Below are positions 28,138 through 37,531 of a DNA stretch of 64,000 nt, piece after piece. The notes beneath the pieces were generated by a model. The model saw nothing but the letters and a program-made list of their open reading frames with translations, did no database searches and was not told where the DNA came from. Source of the DNA: Pseudomonadota bacterium (GTDB taxonomy: Bacteria; Pseudomonadota; Alphaproteobacteria; Micavibrionales; UBA1664); contig RFNZ01000003.1 of NCBI GenBank assembly GCA_009926935.1, positions 16,238-80,237 of the forward strand. The letters are read 5' to 3'. Positions within the stretch are counted from its first letter, which is position 1. Each line of letters starts with the position of its first letter. A program made the position numbers and the translations under genes.

Positions 28138-29579
28138 ACAAGAAAGACATCGCTTTCCCTTTGTTTCTTGCTGTGTGGAACCGCGTGCAAAAGCAGGGGA
28201 CGCCAGCCGTGCATTTACGCATCGCGCACTGGCTGATGGCGCGGTGGCGCCGCCAGGATGTGCGGTTGCTATTGATGGCGTTCCGGTCGTGCGGGAAGTC
28301 AACGATTGTGGGGCTTTTTGCGGCGTGGCTTTTGTGGCGCAATCCGGATCTGCGCATCCTTGTGCTTGCGGCGGACGGGATGCTTGCGGCCAAAATGGTG
28401 CGCAACACCAAGCGCATCATCGAGCGCCATCCACTCACAAAACAAATGCGGCCGGAAAAGCCGGATCAGTGGGCGGCTGATAGGTTTACGGTCAGGCGTG
28501 ATGGGGAGCTGCGTGATCCATCGATGCTTGCGTTTGGGATTGGGTCCAACATTACGGGTTCGCGCGCGGATGTGATTATTTGCGATGATGTCGAGGTGCC
28601 CAATACGTGTGACACATACGAAAAACGCGAGAATTTACGAGAGCGTCTTGCGGAGCTTTCATTTGTGCTGGTGCCAGGTGGTACACAAATTTATGTAGGT
28701 ACGCCGCATGCTTACGAGACGATTTATGATCCCGCATATCTTGAAGGATACAAGGATTTGCGCGTGCCGCTTTTGAATAAAGACGGGACGAGCGTATGGC
28801 CGGATCGTTTTACGGATGGTGATATCGATCGCTTGCGGCGTGCTGGCGGGCCGCGCCGGTTTGCCGCGCAAATGATGCTTGAAGCGGTATCTATTACCGA
28901 TAGCAGGCTCGATTGCGAGGCGTTGCAATGGTACGGCGATGAAATTGTGTACAGCGAAGCGCAAGGCAGGCCCATTTTAACACTCGGTGGCAAACGGCTT
29001 TTATCGTGTAGCGCGTGGTGGGACCCAGCCTTCGGGCAGGGTGGTGATGGCAGTGTTGTCGCGGTTGTTTTTGGGGACGAGGCGGGTGGGTATTGGGTGC
29101 ACCGACTTTTGTATCTGAAGTCGGATTCACGCAAGGCCGAGGATGAGGCCACACAGCAATGCCGCGCTGTTGTTGATGTGTGCCGCGAATTTTATGTGCC
29201 CTCGCTCACGCTTGAGATCAACGGCATTGGCCGTTTTTTGCCGGCGATATTACGGCGCGAGGCTGCGGGGCATTTTGCAGTTGTTGAATACAGTAACAGC
29301 AGGCCCAAGGATTTGCGGATTTTGGAGGCGTTTGACGGTGTGCTGGCCGCGCGGGCCCTCCGTGTACATGGAAGCGTTAAAGCGACGCCGTTTGCGGATG
29401 AGATGCGCGAATGGCGACCTGGCGGCAACAACCGTGATGACGGGCTTGATGCTGTTGCGGGGGCTCTCGCGCAGCAGCCGGTGCGTGTTGATTCGACCCC
29501 GCGCGGGGTAAGGCGGCCCGTGATGTGGAACGCACAAAACTGGCATGCGGCCAAAACAAATTTCAACGTGATGGAGTGA
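28134..29579 (+). CDS. Terminase large subunit (T7 gp19-like)
   Basis: Walker A AFRSCGKS, ITGSRAD, Walker B IICDDVE, motif III YVGTP, nuclease WDPA and DDGLDA. Confidence 0.92.
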   Translation: MNKKDIAFPLFLAVWNRVQKQGTPAVHLRIAHWLMARWRRQDVRLLLMAFRSCGKSTIVGLFAAWLLWRNPDLRILVLAADGMLAAKMVRNTKRIIERHPLTKQMRPEKPDQWAADRFTVRRDGELRDPSMLAFGIGSNITGSRADVIICDDVEVPNTCDTYEKRENLRERLAELSFVLVPGGTQIYVGTPHAYETIYDPAYLEGYKDLRVPLLNKDGTSVWPDRFTDGDIDRLRRAGGPRRFAAQMMLEAVSITDSRLDCEALQWYGDEIVYSEAQGRPILTLGGKRLLSCSAWWDPAFGQGGDGSVVAVVFGDEAGGYWVHRLLYLKSDSRKAEDEATQQCRAVVDVCREFYVPSLTLEINGIGRFLPAILRREAAGHFAVVEYSNSRPKDLRILEAFDGVLAARALRVHGSVKATPFADEMREWRPGGNNRDDGLDAVAGALAQQPVRVDSTPRGVRRPVMWNAQNWHAAKTNFNVME

Positions 29580-29583
29580 TGCG

Positions 29584-29841
29584 ATGGAAAATTTATTTTC
29601 TCAAGATTTGTTATGGTGGATCAAAGTTATTGAATTGCCTGCGCTTGCGGGCTTGCTTGCCCTTGTTATCAAAACGCGTGAAGAAGTCGTTGCCGGAAAA
29701 ATTGAATCCTTGCGGAACTTTGCAACTGTTTCCGCGATGCGGGAAGTAGAGCAACGGCTTGTATCGCATTTGCTGCGAATTGAGGCGAAGCTCGATAAAA
29801 CCGCGCTTAAAACGGAATCTCTTGTACGGGGGCGGCCATGA
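29584..29841 (+). CDS. Small single-TM protein of lysis cassette
   Basis: N-terminal TM plus coiled coil; ATGA-coupled to endolysin. Confidence 0.65.
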   Translation: MENLFSQDLLWWIKVIELPALAGLLALVIKTREEVVAGKIESLRNFATVSAMREVEQRLVSHLLRIEAKLDKTALKTESLVRGRP

Positions 29842-30272
29842 GTGATGCGGATATGGAACACGCGATTGATGTTTTGGCACGGACCCTTTGGGGTGAAGCA
29901 CGCAACGAAGGTACGCAGGGGATGGAGGCCGTTGCCTGTGTGGTTTTAAACCGTGTTTTGGTCGCTCAAAAAAGCCGTGGCGGGCATTACTGGTGGGGGG
30001 ATGATGTTGTGGGGGTGTGTCTCAAGCCATTTCAGTTTTCGTGCTGGAATGCGAATGACCCAAACCGCCCGAAGTTGATAGCGGTTACCGATAAAAACAT
30101 CCATTTTGCAACAGCGCTCAGGATTGCGCGCCGTGCGGTGCACGGAGTGCTTGCCGATATAACGGGCGGGGCCACGCATTATCATACCAAGGATATTCTG
30201 CCGCGCTGGGCGGAAGGGGAGGTGCCCGTGTGTACGATTGGGCATCATATTTTTTATGCACTGGAGGGATAG
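29838..30272 (+). CDS. SleB/Hydrolase_2 cell wall hydrolase (endolysin)
   Basis: LARTLWGEARNE..AVA.VVLNR, QFSCWN, GATHYH and IGHHIFY motifs. Confidence 0.9.
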   Translation: MSDADMEHAIDVLARTLWGEARNEGTQGMEAVACVVLNRVLVAQKSRGGHYWWGDDVVGVCLKPFQFSCWNANDPNRPKLIAVTDKNIHFATALRIARRAVHGVLADITGGATHYHTKDILPRWAEGEVPVCTIGHHIFYALEG

Positions 30273-30824
30273 ATGCTTGAAACTGTTCTGGCCCGACTAG
30301 GGCTGCCTTTACTGATGGATGTTGTGGGCGGGGCTTTGGGGAGAATTGATCATCCGATTGCTCAGGCAGCTTCCCGCGCCCTTGGTGAAACCAATGCGGC
30401 TATTGCACAAGGACTCATTTCTCCCGAGGCTGCGAAGGAGGCCAACAGACATCTTGAGCGTATGACGGAGCTACAGCAGCAGGCTGTCAATGTTGCGTTA
30501 TCGGAGGTCAATCAATCGCTCAGGGCGGAAGTTGCATCGAATGACCCTTATGTGCGGCGGATGCGCCCGACCTTCGGGTATTTGATGGCGGTTACATGGA
30601 CCGTGCAGATGCTGGCCCTTGCCTATGTCATTGTGTTTGATACTGCCAATGCATCAGTTGTGCTGGATGCGATAGGATCTCTTTCTGCCATCTGGACTGT
30701 CGCGTTATCCGTACTGGGTATTTACGTTTATAAGCGCAGTGAGGAGAAAACGGCGGCTGTTCAAAAAACTTTTGAAGCGCCTGTTATACCTAGACCGGAA
30801 CGCAAGCCACGTTATAACGACTAA
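30273..30824 (+). CDS. 3-TM holin (GTA_holin_3TM-like)
   Basis: E..S.D.YVRRMRPTFGY, then TM segments, then LGIY..KRS.EK. Confidence 0.8.
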   Translation: MLETVLARLGLPLLMDVVGGALGRIDHPIAQAASRALGETNAAIAQGLISPEAAKEANRHLERMTELQQQAVNVALSEVNQSLRAEVASNDPYVRRMRPTFGYLMAVTWTVQMLALAYVIVFDTANASVVLDAIGSLSAIWTVALSVLGIYVYKRSEEKTAAVQKTFEAPVIPRPERKPRYND

Positions 30825-31726
30825 CGGTTCATGAGGCGGCCGCGGCGCAGGGATTGCATCACGTATAAGCCCGCCGATACCACAAGAATACCACCCATCA
30901 CGGCTTTTTCAGACGGGACGTGATGGAAGATAAGCCAGCCGAAGAGCATGCCCCATACCATCTGTGTATATTGCAGCGGGGCGATTTGCGAGACGGAATG
31001 GGCGCGCGAAAAAACGGTCGAGATAAACATCATCGCAATTGCGGTCGTTGAGCCGTACAAAACCATGAGGCCCAAATCTGGCAGGGTGGGCATGATAAAT
31101 TTATCAATAGCGAGAGGCGCGTTAACGGCAATCATGACAGCGTGGGTTGCGAGGCCAAAGTTGGTTACAGGTTCATCCCCGCCTATGTGCCGAGCGAGCA
31201 ATGCTGCCGATGCCCCGAAGATGGAAACACCCACGGCTGCGATATAGCCGAGATTGAGGTTTTTAAATTCGGACCCCGCTATCACCAATACGCCCAGAAA
31301 CCCTATGAAGATGGCAATCCAGCGGCTTGAGGGGATTTTCTCCTTCAACAGAAAGAACGAGATAAGGGCAACCCAAATCGGGTTCATGAAAACGATGCCG
31401 TAAAAATCGGCCAGAGGCAGGTGTTTTAAAGCGTAGAAAACCAGCAATGTGCTTGTGGCGCCAATAGCTCCACGTACAAGTAACAGCGGCCATTTTTTGC
31501 TTTTAAAGGCATGGCGGGCCCCCCGCATGTTGAGTGCGATCCCGGCCATGATGATAAAGCCGACGATATTGATAGTTAGTATGATTTGCGATGCGTGATA
31601 GCCGCCTTGCAGCCATTTGGCGAGGGTGTCGCCTGCCGTAAATAGTATGTACGACAATAAAGCCATGCCAATTGCGAGGGCAGAAGGCAGGGTTTTTGTA
31701 TCATTGTTTTGAGCGTGAACGTTCAT
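30821..31726 (-). CDS. DMT/EamA family transporter
   Basis: Two EamA repeats (LLKEKI..RW..GFLGVLVI; IAPLQYTQMVW). Confidence 0.9.
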   Translation of the reverse strand: MNVHAQNNDTKTLPSALAIGMALLSYILFTAGDTLAKWLQGGYHASQIILTINIVGFIIMAGIALNMRGARHAFKSKKWPLLLVRGAIGATSTLLVFYALKHLPLADFYGIVFMNPIWVALISFFLLKEKIPSSRWIAIFIGFLGVLVIAGSEFKNLNLGYIAAVGVSIFGASAALLARHIGGDEPVTNFGLATHAVMIAVNAPLAIDKFIMPTLPDLGLMVLYGSTTAIAMMFISTVFSRAHSVSQIAPLQYTQMVWGMLFGWLIFHHVPSEKAVMGGILVVSAGLYVMQSLRRGRLMNR

Positions 31727-31768
31727 GCGATTCAGGGTACACTTTTCTTTCCAATAAATGGGGGCAAA

Positions 31769-32965
31769 GTGAAGGCACTTCATAGTTTTTTTCATTCGGA
31801 TGCGGCAGGCGGCGTTATCATGCTGGTGGCGGCGGCTTTGGCCATGCTTGTTGCCAACTCATCGCTGGAGCCGATGTATCATGCCTATCTTGCCCAGACT
31901 TTGACTGTCGGGTTTACCGACCCTGAAGGGCATGCGGTTGTCGCTTTTCAGAAGCCGTTGCTACTCTGGGTCAATGATTTTTTCATGGCGATTTTCTTTT
32001 TGTTTGCGGGCCTTGAAATCAAGCGTGAGCTTTTTAAGGGCGCGCTATCATCCTTAAAGCGTGCGGCTTTGCCGATTATCGCAGCCGCGTGTGGCATGGC
32101 GATACCTGCGGTTGTTTACTTGTTTATCAATCAGGCTCACCCTGAGTTTCATCACGGCTGGGCTATACCGGCTGCTACTGATATCGCTTTTGCCGTGGGT
32201 GTTGTTGCGCTTGCTTCTTCGCGTGTGCCGTCTTCCATCAAGGTGCTTTTGCTTGCAATTGCGGTCGTGGATGATCTTGGTGCGATGCTCGTGATTGCGT
32301 TGTTTTATAATAGCGATATCTACATGCCTGCGTTGACTGTTGCTGGTGTCATGACGGCAATCTTATTCGTGTTCAACCGGCTTAAAATCACAAATTATGG
32401 GCCGTATTTTCTGATTGCGTTCATTCTATGGGCGGCGATGTTCAAGGCGGGGATACACCCTACGATTGCGGGGGTCATCATGGCGTTTATGATACCGCTC
32501 AATAAGGATGTCCATGACCGTAATTGCCCGCTTGAGCGTTTGGCCGAGATGCTGAAGCCGTGGGTTGTGTTTGCCATTCTGCCTGTCTTTGCATTTGCCA
32601 ATGCAGGGGTATCGTTTGCGGGGATGGGGCTTGAGGCTTTGCTTCATCCTGTCACGCTCGGGATTGGCCTTGGCCTGTTTATTGGCAAGCAGATCGGGAT
32701 TTTTGGCTCTGTATGGGCCTGCGTGAAAACCGGGTTATGCCATATGCCGACGCGAGCAAGCTGGCTGCAAGTGTACGGAATGTCTGTTTTATGCGGGATC
32801 GGCTTTACCATGGCCCTCTTTGTGGGCGGCCTCGCCTTTGAAGGACACGGCATGGATGCCTACGTGCGTATGGGCGTGATGGCGGGTTCGGTCTTGTCGG
32901 CGGTTGTCGGATATGCGATTCTCTACTTCGCGGTCCCGCGTTCTTATGAGGAATTACCCAAATGA
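31769..32965 (+). CDS. nhaA: Na+/H+ antiporter NhaA
   Basis: WVND..MAIFF..GLEIKRE, GWAIPAATDIAF, AVVDD and LCGIGFTM motifs; GTG start. Confidence 0.96.
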   Translation: MKALHSFFHSDAAGGVIMLVAAALAMLVANSSLEPMYHAYLAQTLTVGFTDPEGHAVVAFQKPLLLWVNDFFMAIFFLFAGLEIKRELFKGALSSLKRAALPIIAAACGMAIPAVVYLFINQAHPEFHHGWAIPAATDIAFAVGVVALASSRVPSSIKVLLLAIAVVDDLGAMLVIALFYNSDIYMPALTVAGVMTAILFVFNRLKITNYGPYFLIAFILWAAMFKAGIHPTIAGVIMAFMIPLNKDVHDRNCPLERLAEMLKPWVVFAILPVFAFANAGVSFAGMGLEALLHPVTLGIGLGLFIGKQIGIFGSVWACVKTGLCHMPTRASWLQVYGMSVLCGIGFTMALFVGGLAFEGHGMDAYVRMGVMAGSVLSAVVGYAILYFAVPRSYEELPK

Positions 32966-34389
32966 AAAAGACACCTATTACCGTAGCACACGGCGACGGC
33001 ATTGGCCCCGAGATCATGGCGGCCACGCTGAAAATTCTGGATGCGGCAGGCGCGCCTCTTGAGATCACGACCGTCGAGGCGGGGCAAAAAGTTTATGAAC
33101 GCGGTATCACTACGGGCATAGAGCCCCACGCCATCGAGGCCATCCGCTCTACGGGTGTCTTGCTTAAGGCGCCGATCTTTACGCCTTCGGGCGGTGGCTA
33201 CAAATCGCTCAATGTCACGATCCGCAAGCTGATGTCCTTGTACGCTAATGTGCGGCCTTGCCAGTCGTATCACCCGTATATTGAAGCGCTGCACAAGAAC
33301 ATGGACCTCGTGGTTGTGCGCGAGAACGAAGAAGATTTGTATGCAGGCATTGAGCACCGCCAGACGCAGGGTGTCTGCCAGGCTCTCAAGCTTATTTCGC
33401 GACCTGGGTGCGAACGCATCATCCGCTATGCTTTTGAATATGCACGGGCCAACGGCCGCAAAAAAGTGACTTGTATGGTGAAAGACAACATCATGAAAAT
33501 GGTGGATGGGCTTTTTTACCAGGTTTTCGAGGAAATCGCCCCTGAGTATCCGGATATCCAGAAAGATCGTTATATCATTGATATTGGCGCTGCGCGTATT
33601 GCCTCGCGCCCGCAGGATTTTGATGTGATCGTTACCGAAAATTTGTACGGCGACATCATCTCGGATATCGCAGCTGAGGTCACGGGTTCTGTCGGGCTTG
33701 GTATTTCAGCCAATATCGGCGAGCAATGCGCGATGTTTGAAGCCATGCACGGTACGGCCCCTGATATTGCCGGGCGCGGTATTGCCAATCCATCTGGTTT
33801 GCTGCTTGGTTCGATTATGATGCTGACCCATTGCGGCCACGGTAAAGCTGCCGAAACCGTACACAATGCTTGGTTTAAGACCATTGAAGACGGTATCCAC
33901 ACCGGTGATATTTACCGCGAGACGACATCCAAACAAAAAGTGGGCACGGATGACTTTACAAATGCCGTCATTGCCCGCCTTGGTAAAAAACCCAGCAGCA
34001 TGAATCCGGTTTCGTATCCGGACGGCAAGGGTGGTATCAAAATACCAGCTCTCAAACCTGTCGTCGTTCAGAAGAAAGAATGGATCGGGGTTGATGCGTT
34101 TATTGAGTACAACGGCAAAGCCGACGACCTGGCCGAAAAAGTAAAACCGGCGCTGGCTTCTGGCCTTGAACTTTCGTTGTTGAGTAACCGCGGGGTCAAA
34201 TGCTGGCCCAAGGGTTCGAGTGGCACATTCTGTACCGACCACTGGTGTGCGCGTATCCTCGGTAAAACGGATACGGCCAAGCTTGTTGAGACCTTGCAAA
34301 AGCTTGAACAAGCAGGCGTTCCTGTTGTGAAAACGGAAAACCTTTACAGCTTTGACGGTAAAGACGGGTTTACAGCTGCCGCAGGCTAG
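32962..34389 (+). CDS. icd: NADP-dependent isocitrate dehydrogenase
   Basis: GDGIGPEI, GGGYKSLNVTIRK, NLYGDIISD and EAMHGTAPDIAG motifs; long C-terminal domain. Confidence 0.92.
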   Translation: MKKTPITVAHGDGIGPEIMAATLKILDAAGAPLEITTVEAGQKVYERGITTGIEPHAIEAIRSTGVLLKAPIFTPSGGGYKSLNVTIRKLMSLYANVRPCQSYHPYIEALHKNMDLVVVRENEEDLYAGIEHRQTQGVCQALKLISRPGCERIIRYAFEYARANGRKKVTCMVKDNIMKMVDGLFYQVFEEIAPEYPDIQKDRYIIDIGAARIASRPQDFDVIVTENLYGDIISDIAAEVTGSVGLGISANIGEQCAMFEAMHGTAPDIAGRGIANPSGLLLGSIMMLTHCGHGKAAETVHNAWFKTIEDGIHTGDIYRETTSKQKVGTDDFTNAVIARLGKKPSSMNPVSYPDGKGGIKIPALKPVVVQKKEWIGVDAFIEYNGKADDLAEKVKPALASGLELSLLSNRGVKCWPKGSSGTFCTDHWCARILGKTDTAKLVETLQKLEQAGVPVVKTENLYSFDGKDGFTAAAG

Positions 34390-34406
34390 GCGTATCCTTT
34401 GTTCTT

Positions 34407-34844
34407 ATGGGGTTGTTTCATAACATCATCGGACTTTTTAAAAAGCCTGAGCCGCAGGAAGCTGAGCATCGGGATATCCGTTATGCTCACCCTTCCCATG
34501 TGCCTGAGGGTAACAGGACATTGCGCGTTGCAAACGTTATGCGGCCCAAAACCATAGGCGGTTATGAAGACCGCGCGTATATCAGCAATCTTAGAAGTAT
34601 GGATTTTTTAAAATCCCTTACGTTTGCCTATCTTCAAAAAATCGGTGCCAAGGGCGCAACACCCAGCGATATCAACGAAGCTGTTTTGACGGGCGTTCTC
34701 GCAAGCACGGGGAGAACACCGCTTGAAATCGCTACGGCGCAGGTTCTTGAGTCGCTCAGGATGGCGCGCAGCGAGCTTAAGCGCGAAGGCAAAATAGAGT
34801 TTAATGCGATTGACCGTGTCTGGTATCCAAAGGAAAAACGATAG
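34407..34844 (+). CDS. Hypothetical protein with C-terminal winged-helix-like segment
   Basis: LRMARSELKREGKIE....VW resembles an Mrr_N-type wHTH. Confidence 0.6.
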   Translation: MGLFHNIIGLFKKPEPQEAEHRDIRYAHPSHVPEGNRTLRVANVMRPKTIGGYEDRAYISNLRSMDFLKSLTFAYLQKIGAKGATPSDINEAVLTGVLASTGRTPLEIATAQVLESLRMARSELKREGKIEFNAIDRVWYPKEKR

Positions 34845-34848
34845 GCCC

Positions 34849-35682
34849 TCAAGCTCCGGATGCTTTTAGCGTATTTGCCAGGAGGCAGGCGATGGTCATA
34901 GGGCCTACGCCACCCGGCACGGGCGTGATGGCACCAGCCACTTGTGATGCACCCGCATAATCCACATCTCCTTTCAATTTTCCGTTTTCCATGCGGTTGA
35001 TGCCGACATCAATGACAATCGCGCCGGGTTTTATCCATTCACCTTTTACCATTTCAGCGCGGCCAACGGCAGCCACCAGAATATCGGCCTCTTTGCAAAT
35101 GTCGGCCAAATTTTTGGTTTTGGAATGCGCGGTTGTGACGGTGCAGTTTTCCGCCAGAAGCAATTGTGCCATGGGCTTACCAAACAGAAGGCTGCGCCCG
35201 ATCACGACGGCGTTCAGGCCCGTGAGGTCCTGTTTTACTGACTTTATGAGCAGCAGGGAGCCTTGGGGCGTGCACGGCACCAAGCCATCGAGACCCGCTA
35301 CCAGTTTCCCGATGTTCGGTATCGTGAGGCCATCGACGTCCTTATTAGGGGCAATGCGCTGGATAAGAGGATCTGAATCAATGTGTTTCGGCAGCGGGAG
35401 TTGCAGCAGGATACCGTGGATGGATTTATCGGCGTTCAGTTCGTCGATCACTTTTGCGATTTCCTCAGTCGAGGCGGTTTCCGGCAAGCGGCGCTCGATC
35501 GAACGCATACCAACCTCAAGTGTGGCCTTTACCTTGTTGTTCACGTAGACGTGGGAAGCCGGGTCATCTCCCACCAAAATAACGGCAAGGCCAGGTTTTG
35601 TACCCAGACCGGCGACTTTTTCAGCAATGGATTTTCGGAGGGTGGAGGCAACGGCCTTACCGTCTATGATCGAGGCAACCAT
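34849..35682 (-). CDS. folD: Methylenetetrahydrofolate dehydrogenase/cyclohydrolase
   Basis: [26 protein letters not shown] and [12 protein letters not shown] motifs. Confidence 0.97.
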   Translation of the reverse strand: MVASIIDGKAVASTLRKSIAEKVAGLGTKPGLAVILVGDDPASHVYVNNKVKATLEVGMRSIERRLPETASTEEIAKVIDELNADKSIHGILLQLPLPKHIDSDPLIQRIAPNKDVDGLTIPNIGKLVAGLDGLVPCTPQGSLLLIKSVKQDLTGLNAVVIGRSLLFGKPMAQLLLAENCTVTTAHSKTKNLADICKEADILVAAVGRAEMVKGEWIKPGAIVIDVGINRMENGKLKGDVDYAGASQVAGAITPVPGGVGPMTIACLLANTLKASGA

Positions 35683-35691
35683 TTGTAATCC

Positions 35692-35970
35692 TTATAAGAA
35701 AACTATCGCTATCACGCGTTGCAGCAGCATCACGCCAAAAATCACGATAATGGGCGTGATGTCAATTCCGCCTATCGCGGGCACGTATCGGCGTAGCGGT
35801 TTCATGACGGGGTCGGTCGCTTTTCCCAATAATTCCAGCAGCTTGGTTGCTTGTGGGTTGGCGAGGTTCAGAACGCCGAAGGCGATAAGCCAGCTGATGA
35901 CAACATGTGCCACAATGACAAACGTATAAATATCGAGTGCTAAGATAAGAAATTGGCCGATGGTGTTCAT
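35692..35970 (-). CDS. YggT family membrane protein
   Basis: ISWL..TDP...PLRR.VPAIGGIDITP. Confidence 0.92.
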   Translation of the reverse strand: MNTIGQFLILALDIYTFVIVAHVVISWLIAFGVLNLANPQATKLLELLGKATDPVMKPLRRYVPAIGGIDITPIIVIFGVMLLQRVIAIVFL

Positions 35971-36050
35971 GACAAGTCTCCAAAAATAAACTAAATTTTA
36001 GCAAAAATAGCGCAGAATCAATATAACGCCAAATTGGAAGGTTTTGGGGC

Positions 36051-36734
36051 ATGTTTGGGTTGGAATACCTTGTGGCCACGCATTTGTTGCTTACGGCCAA
36101 TTCGGATGTCATTACTTGCCCTGTGCAGAAAAGCGCCCGTGTTGATGTGCGCTGGCGTAGCGAGCCCATAAAATACGACAACACCAAGACAACCGGTGAA
36201 TTAAACCGCCGCGATATCGACTCCGAAAACCCTTATGGCGTCCATGTTTCGACTGATGTCGGCGGGCTTATGAGCGGAAAAATGGAGTATAAATCGGGAA
36301 TACAGATTTCGACGGTGCGATATCCAACAAGCCGTGTTTCGTGCCTTTGGATAGATAAGGTGATTGTCGATATTGTTATCGATCCTACAATCCAGATCGC
36401 TTCAGAGAACGCAAAGGGCAGCTGCGAGTACAATGCCATTCTTGAGCACGAACACAAACACGTGGCCATAGACCGCAAAGTTGTTGTCGACCATCTTGAC
36501 CGTATCCGTAGCGCCACTGCCCATGCGGTTACCAAAGTAGGCATGGTTGGCCCCAAAGGGGACGAAACGGTCGAAGATTTCAAAAAGAAAATGACAGAAT
36601 ATGTGCAAGGAGCCATCAAAGGGGCGGCTGATACCATGTATGCCGATCGTGTAAAACGCCAGAAAGGCCTTGATAACAAGGAAGAGTACGACCGTGTTTC
36701 CGCTAAGTGCGATAAGAACGCGGAAAAGCAGTAA
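36051..36734 (+). CDS. Hypothetical exported zincin-like protein (DUF922-like)
   Basis: ILEHEHKHVAI HExxH motif; four Cys. Confidence 0.65.
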   Translation: MFGLEYLVATHLLLTANSDVITCPVQKSARVDVRWRSEPIKYDNTKTTGELNRRDIDSENPYGVHVSTDVGGLMSGKMEYKSGIQISTVRYPTSRVSCLWIDKVIVDIVIDPTIQIASENAKGSCEYNAILEHEHKHVAIDRKVVVDHLDRIRSATAHAVTKVGMVGPKGDETVEDFKKKMTEYVQGAIKGAADTMYADRVKRQKGLDNKEEYDRVSAKCDKNAEKQ

Positions 36735-37136
36735 TCATTTCTCCAGTAATTTTTTGATTTTTTCGATGCGCTTGTCTTTAGGCGTGATTGTTTGCGCTTT
36801 TGCGAGCAATCGTAGCGTTTCCTCACCGCCGCGCCCCTGTGCCAACCGAAGTGCGGCGAGCCTTATCATGGCATCGGCATCATCTGGATTTTTCGAGAGC
36901 CTGTTCATCATGGCGAATTCATCCAGCATCATCTGGCGGTAATCGGCTTCCGCTCCTTTGCCGATGTTTGTGGGGGCCGCAGGCAAATCGGGCCTGCCGT
37001 AAGCCATATACAAGCCAAGAGAGAGCAGTGCGCATGTAAATGCCGCCACATAAAAAACGCTACGTATACGGATGGGCGCTAAAACCCAGAGCAGTGTAGC
37101 CGCACAAAGAATGGCAGAGATGGCAAGTATTATCAT
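36735..37136 (-). CDS. Short CcmI/CycH-like protein
   Basis: Two TMs, LY...GRPDLP, one TPR-like pair (L.KNPDDA); last gene of ccm operon. Confidence 0.7.
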   Translation of the reverse strand: MIILAISAILCAATLLWVLAPIRIRSVFYVAAFTCALLSLGLYMAYGRPDLPAAPTNIGKGAEADYRQMMLDEFAMMNRLSKNPDDADAMIRLAALRLAQGRGGEETLRLLAKAQTITPKDKRIEKIKKLLEK

Positions 37137-37531
37137 TTGCGCCTCCGTCGTTTCAGCATGTGGAGAGACGCCATGGTGCAACCACAGGCCATTACGGCGA
37201 TGGGTATCAGCCAAAGCAGCCAGGTACGCGGTGTAAAAGGTGGTTCCAGAAAAACGTAGTCACCGTAGCGCGCTTGAAGAAAGGCGCGGATTTCATCATC
37301 GGTTTTACCTACGGCAATCTGTGTGCGAACGATGCGGCGCAGGTCTTTTGCGATATCGGCGTGCGATGCCTCGATGCTCTCGTTCTGACAAACAACACAG
37401 CGCAGAGTTTGAGAAAGAGCAACCGCGCGGGCTTCAAGGGCGGGATCTTTGAGACGTTCATCGGGGTGCGTGACTGCCCACGCGGAGGTTGTAAAACAGA
37501 TGAACAGCAGTGCGAAGACGAGTTGTTTCAT
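37133..37531 (-). CDS. ccmH: Cytochrome c biogenesis protein CcmH/CycL
   Basis: LRCVVCQNESI..RYGDYV motif. Confidence 0.94.
   Translation of the reverse strand: MKQLVFALLFICFTTSAWAVTHPDERLKDPALEARAVALSQTLRCVVCQNESIEASHADIAKDLRRIVRTQIAVGKTDDEIRAFLQARYGDYVFLEPPFTPRTWLLWLIPIAVMACGCTMASLHMLKRRRRK

Larger units (their letters stand above)
14827..30824. mobile_element. Domesticated podovirus-derived virion gene cluster (GTA-like element / cryptic prophage)
   Basis: T7-order head-tail-terminase-lysis genes with intact ORFs; no integrase, replication genes or att sites; interrupted by PilZ and RTX genes. Confidence 0.8.

Noticed and set aside
14827-30824. Complete, autonomous temperate prophage
   Set aside because: No integrase, replication module, RNA polymerase or evident att repeats; flanks are core genes. 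A decaying prophage is not formally excluded, but all ORFs look intact.
14827-30824. RcGTA-type element or tailocin/contractile injection system
   Set aside because: Portal, tail tubes and TerL are T7/podovirus-type; no HK97 prohead protease, major tail, tape measure, sheath or baseplate genes
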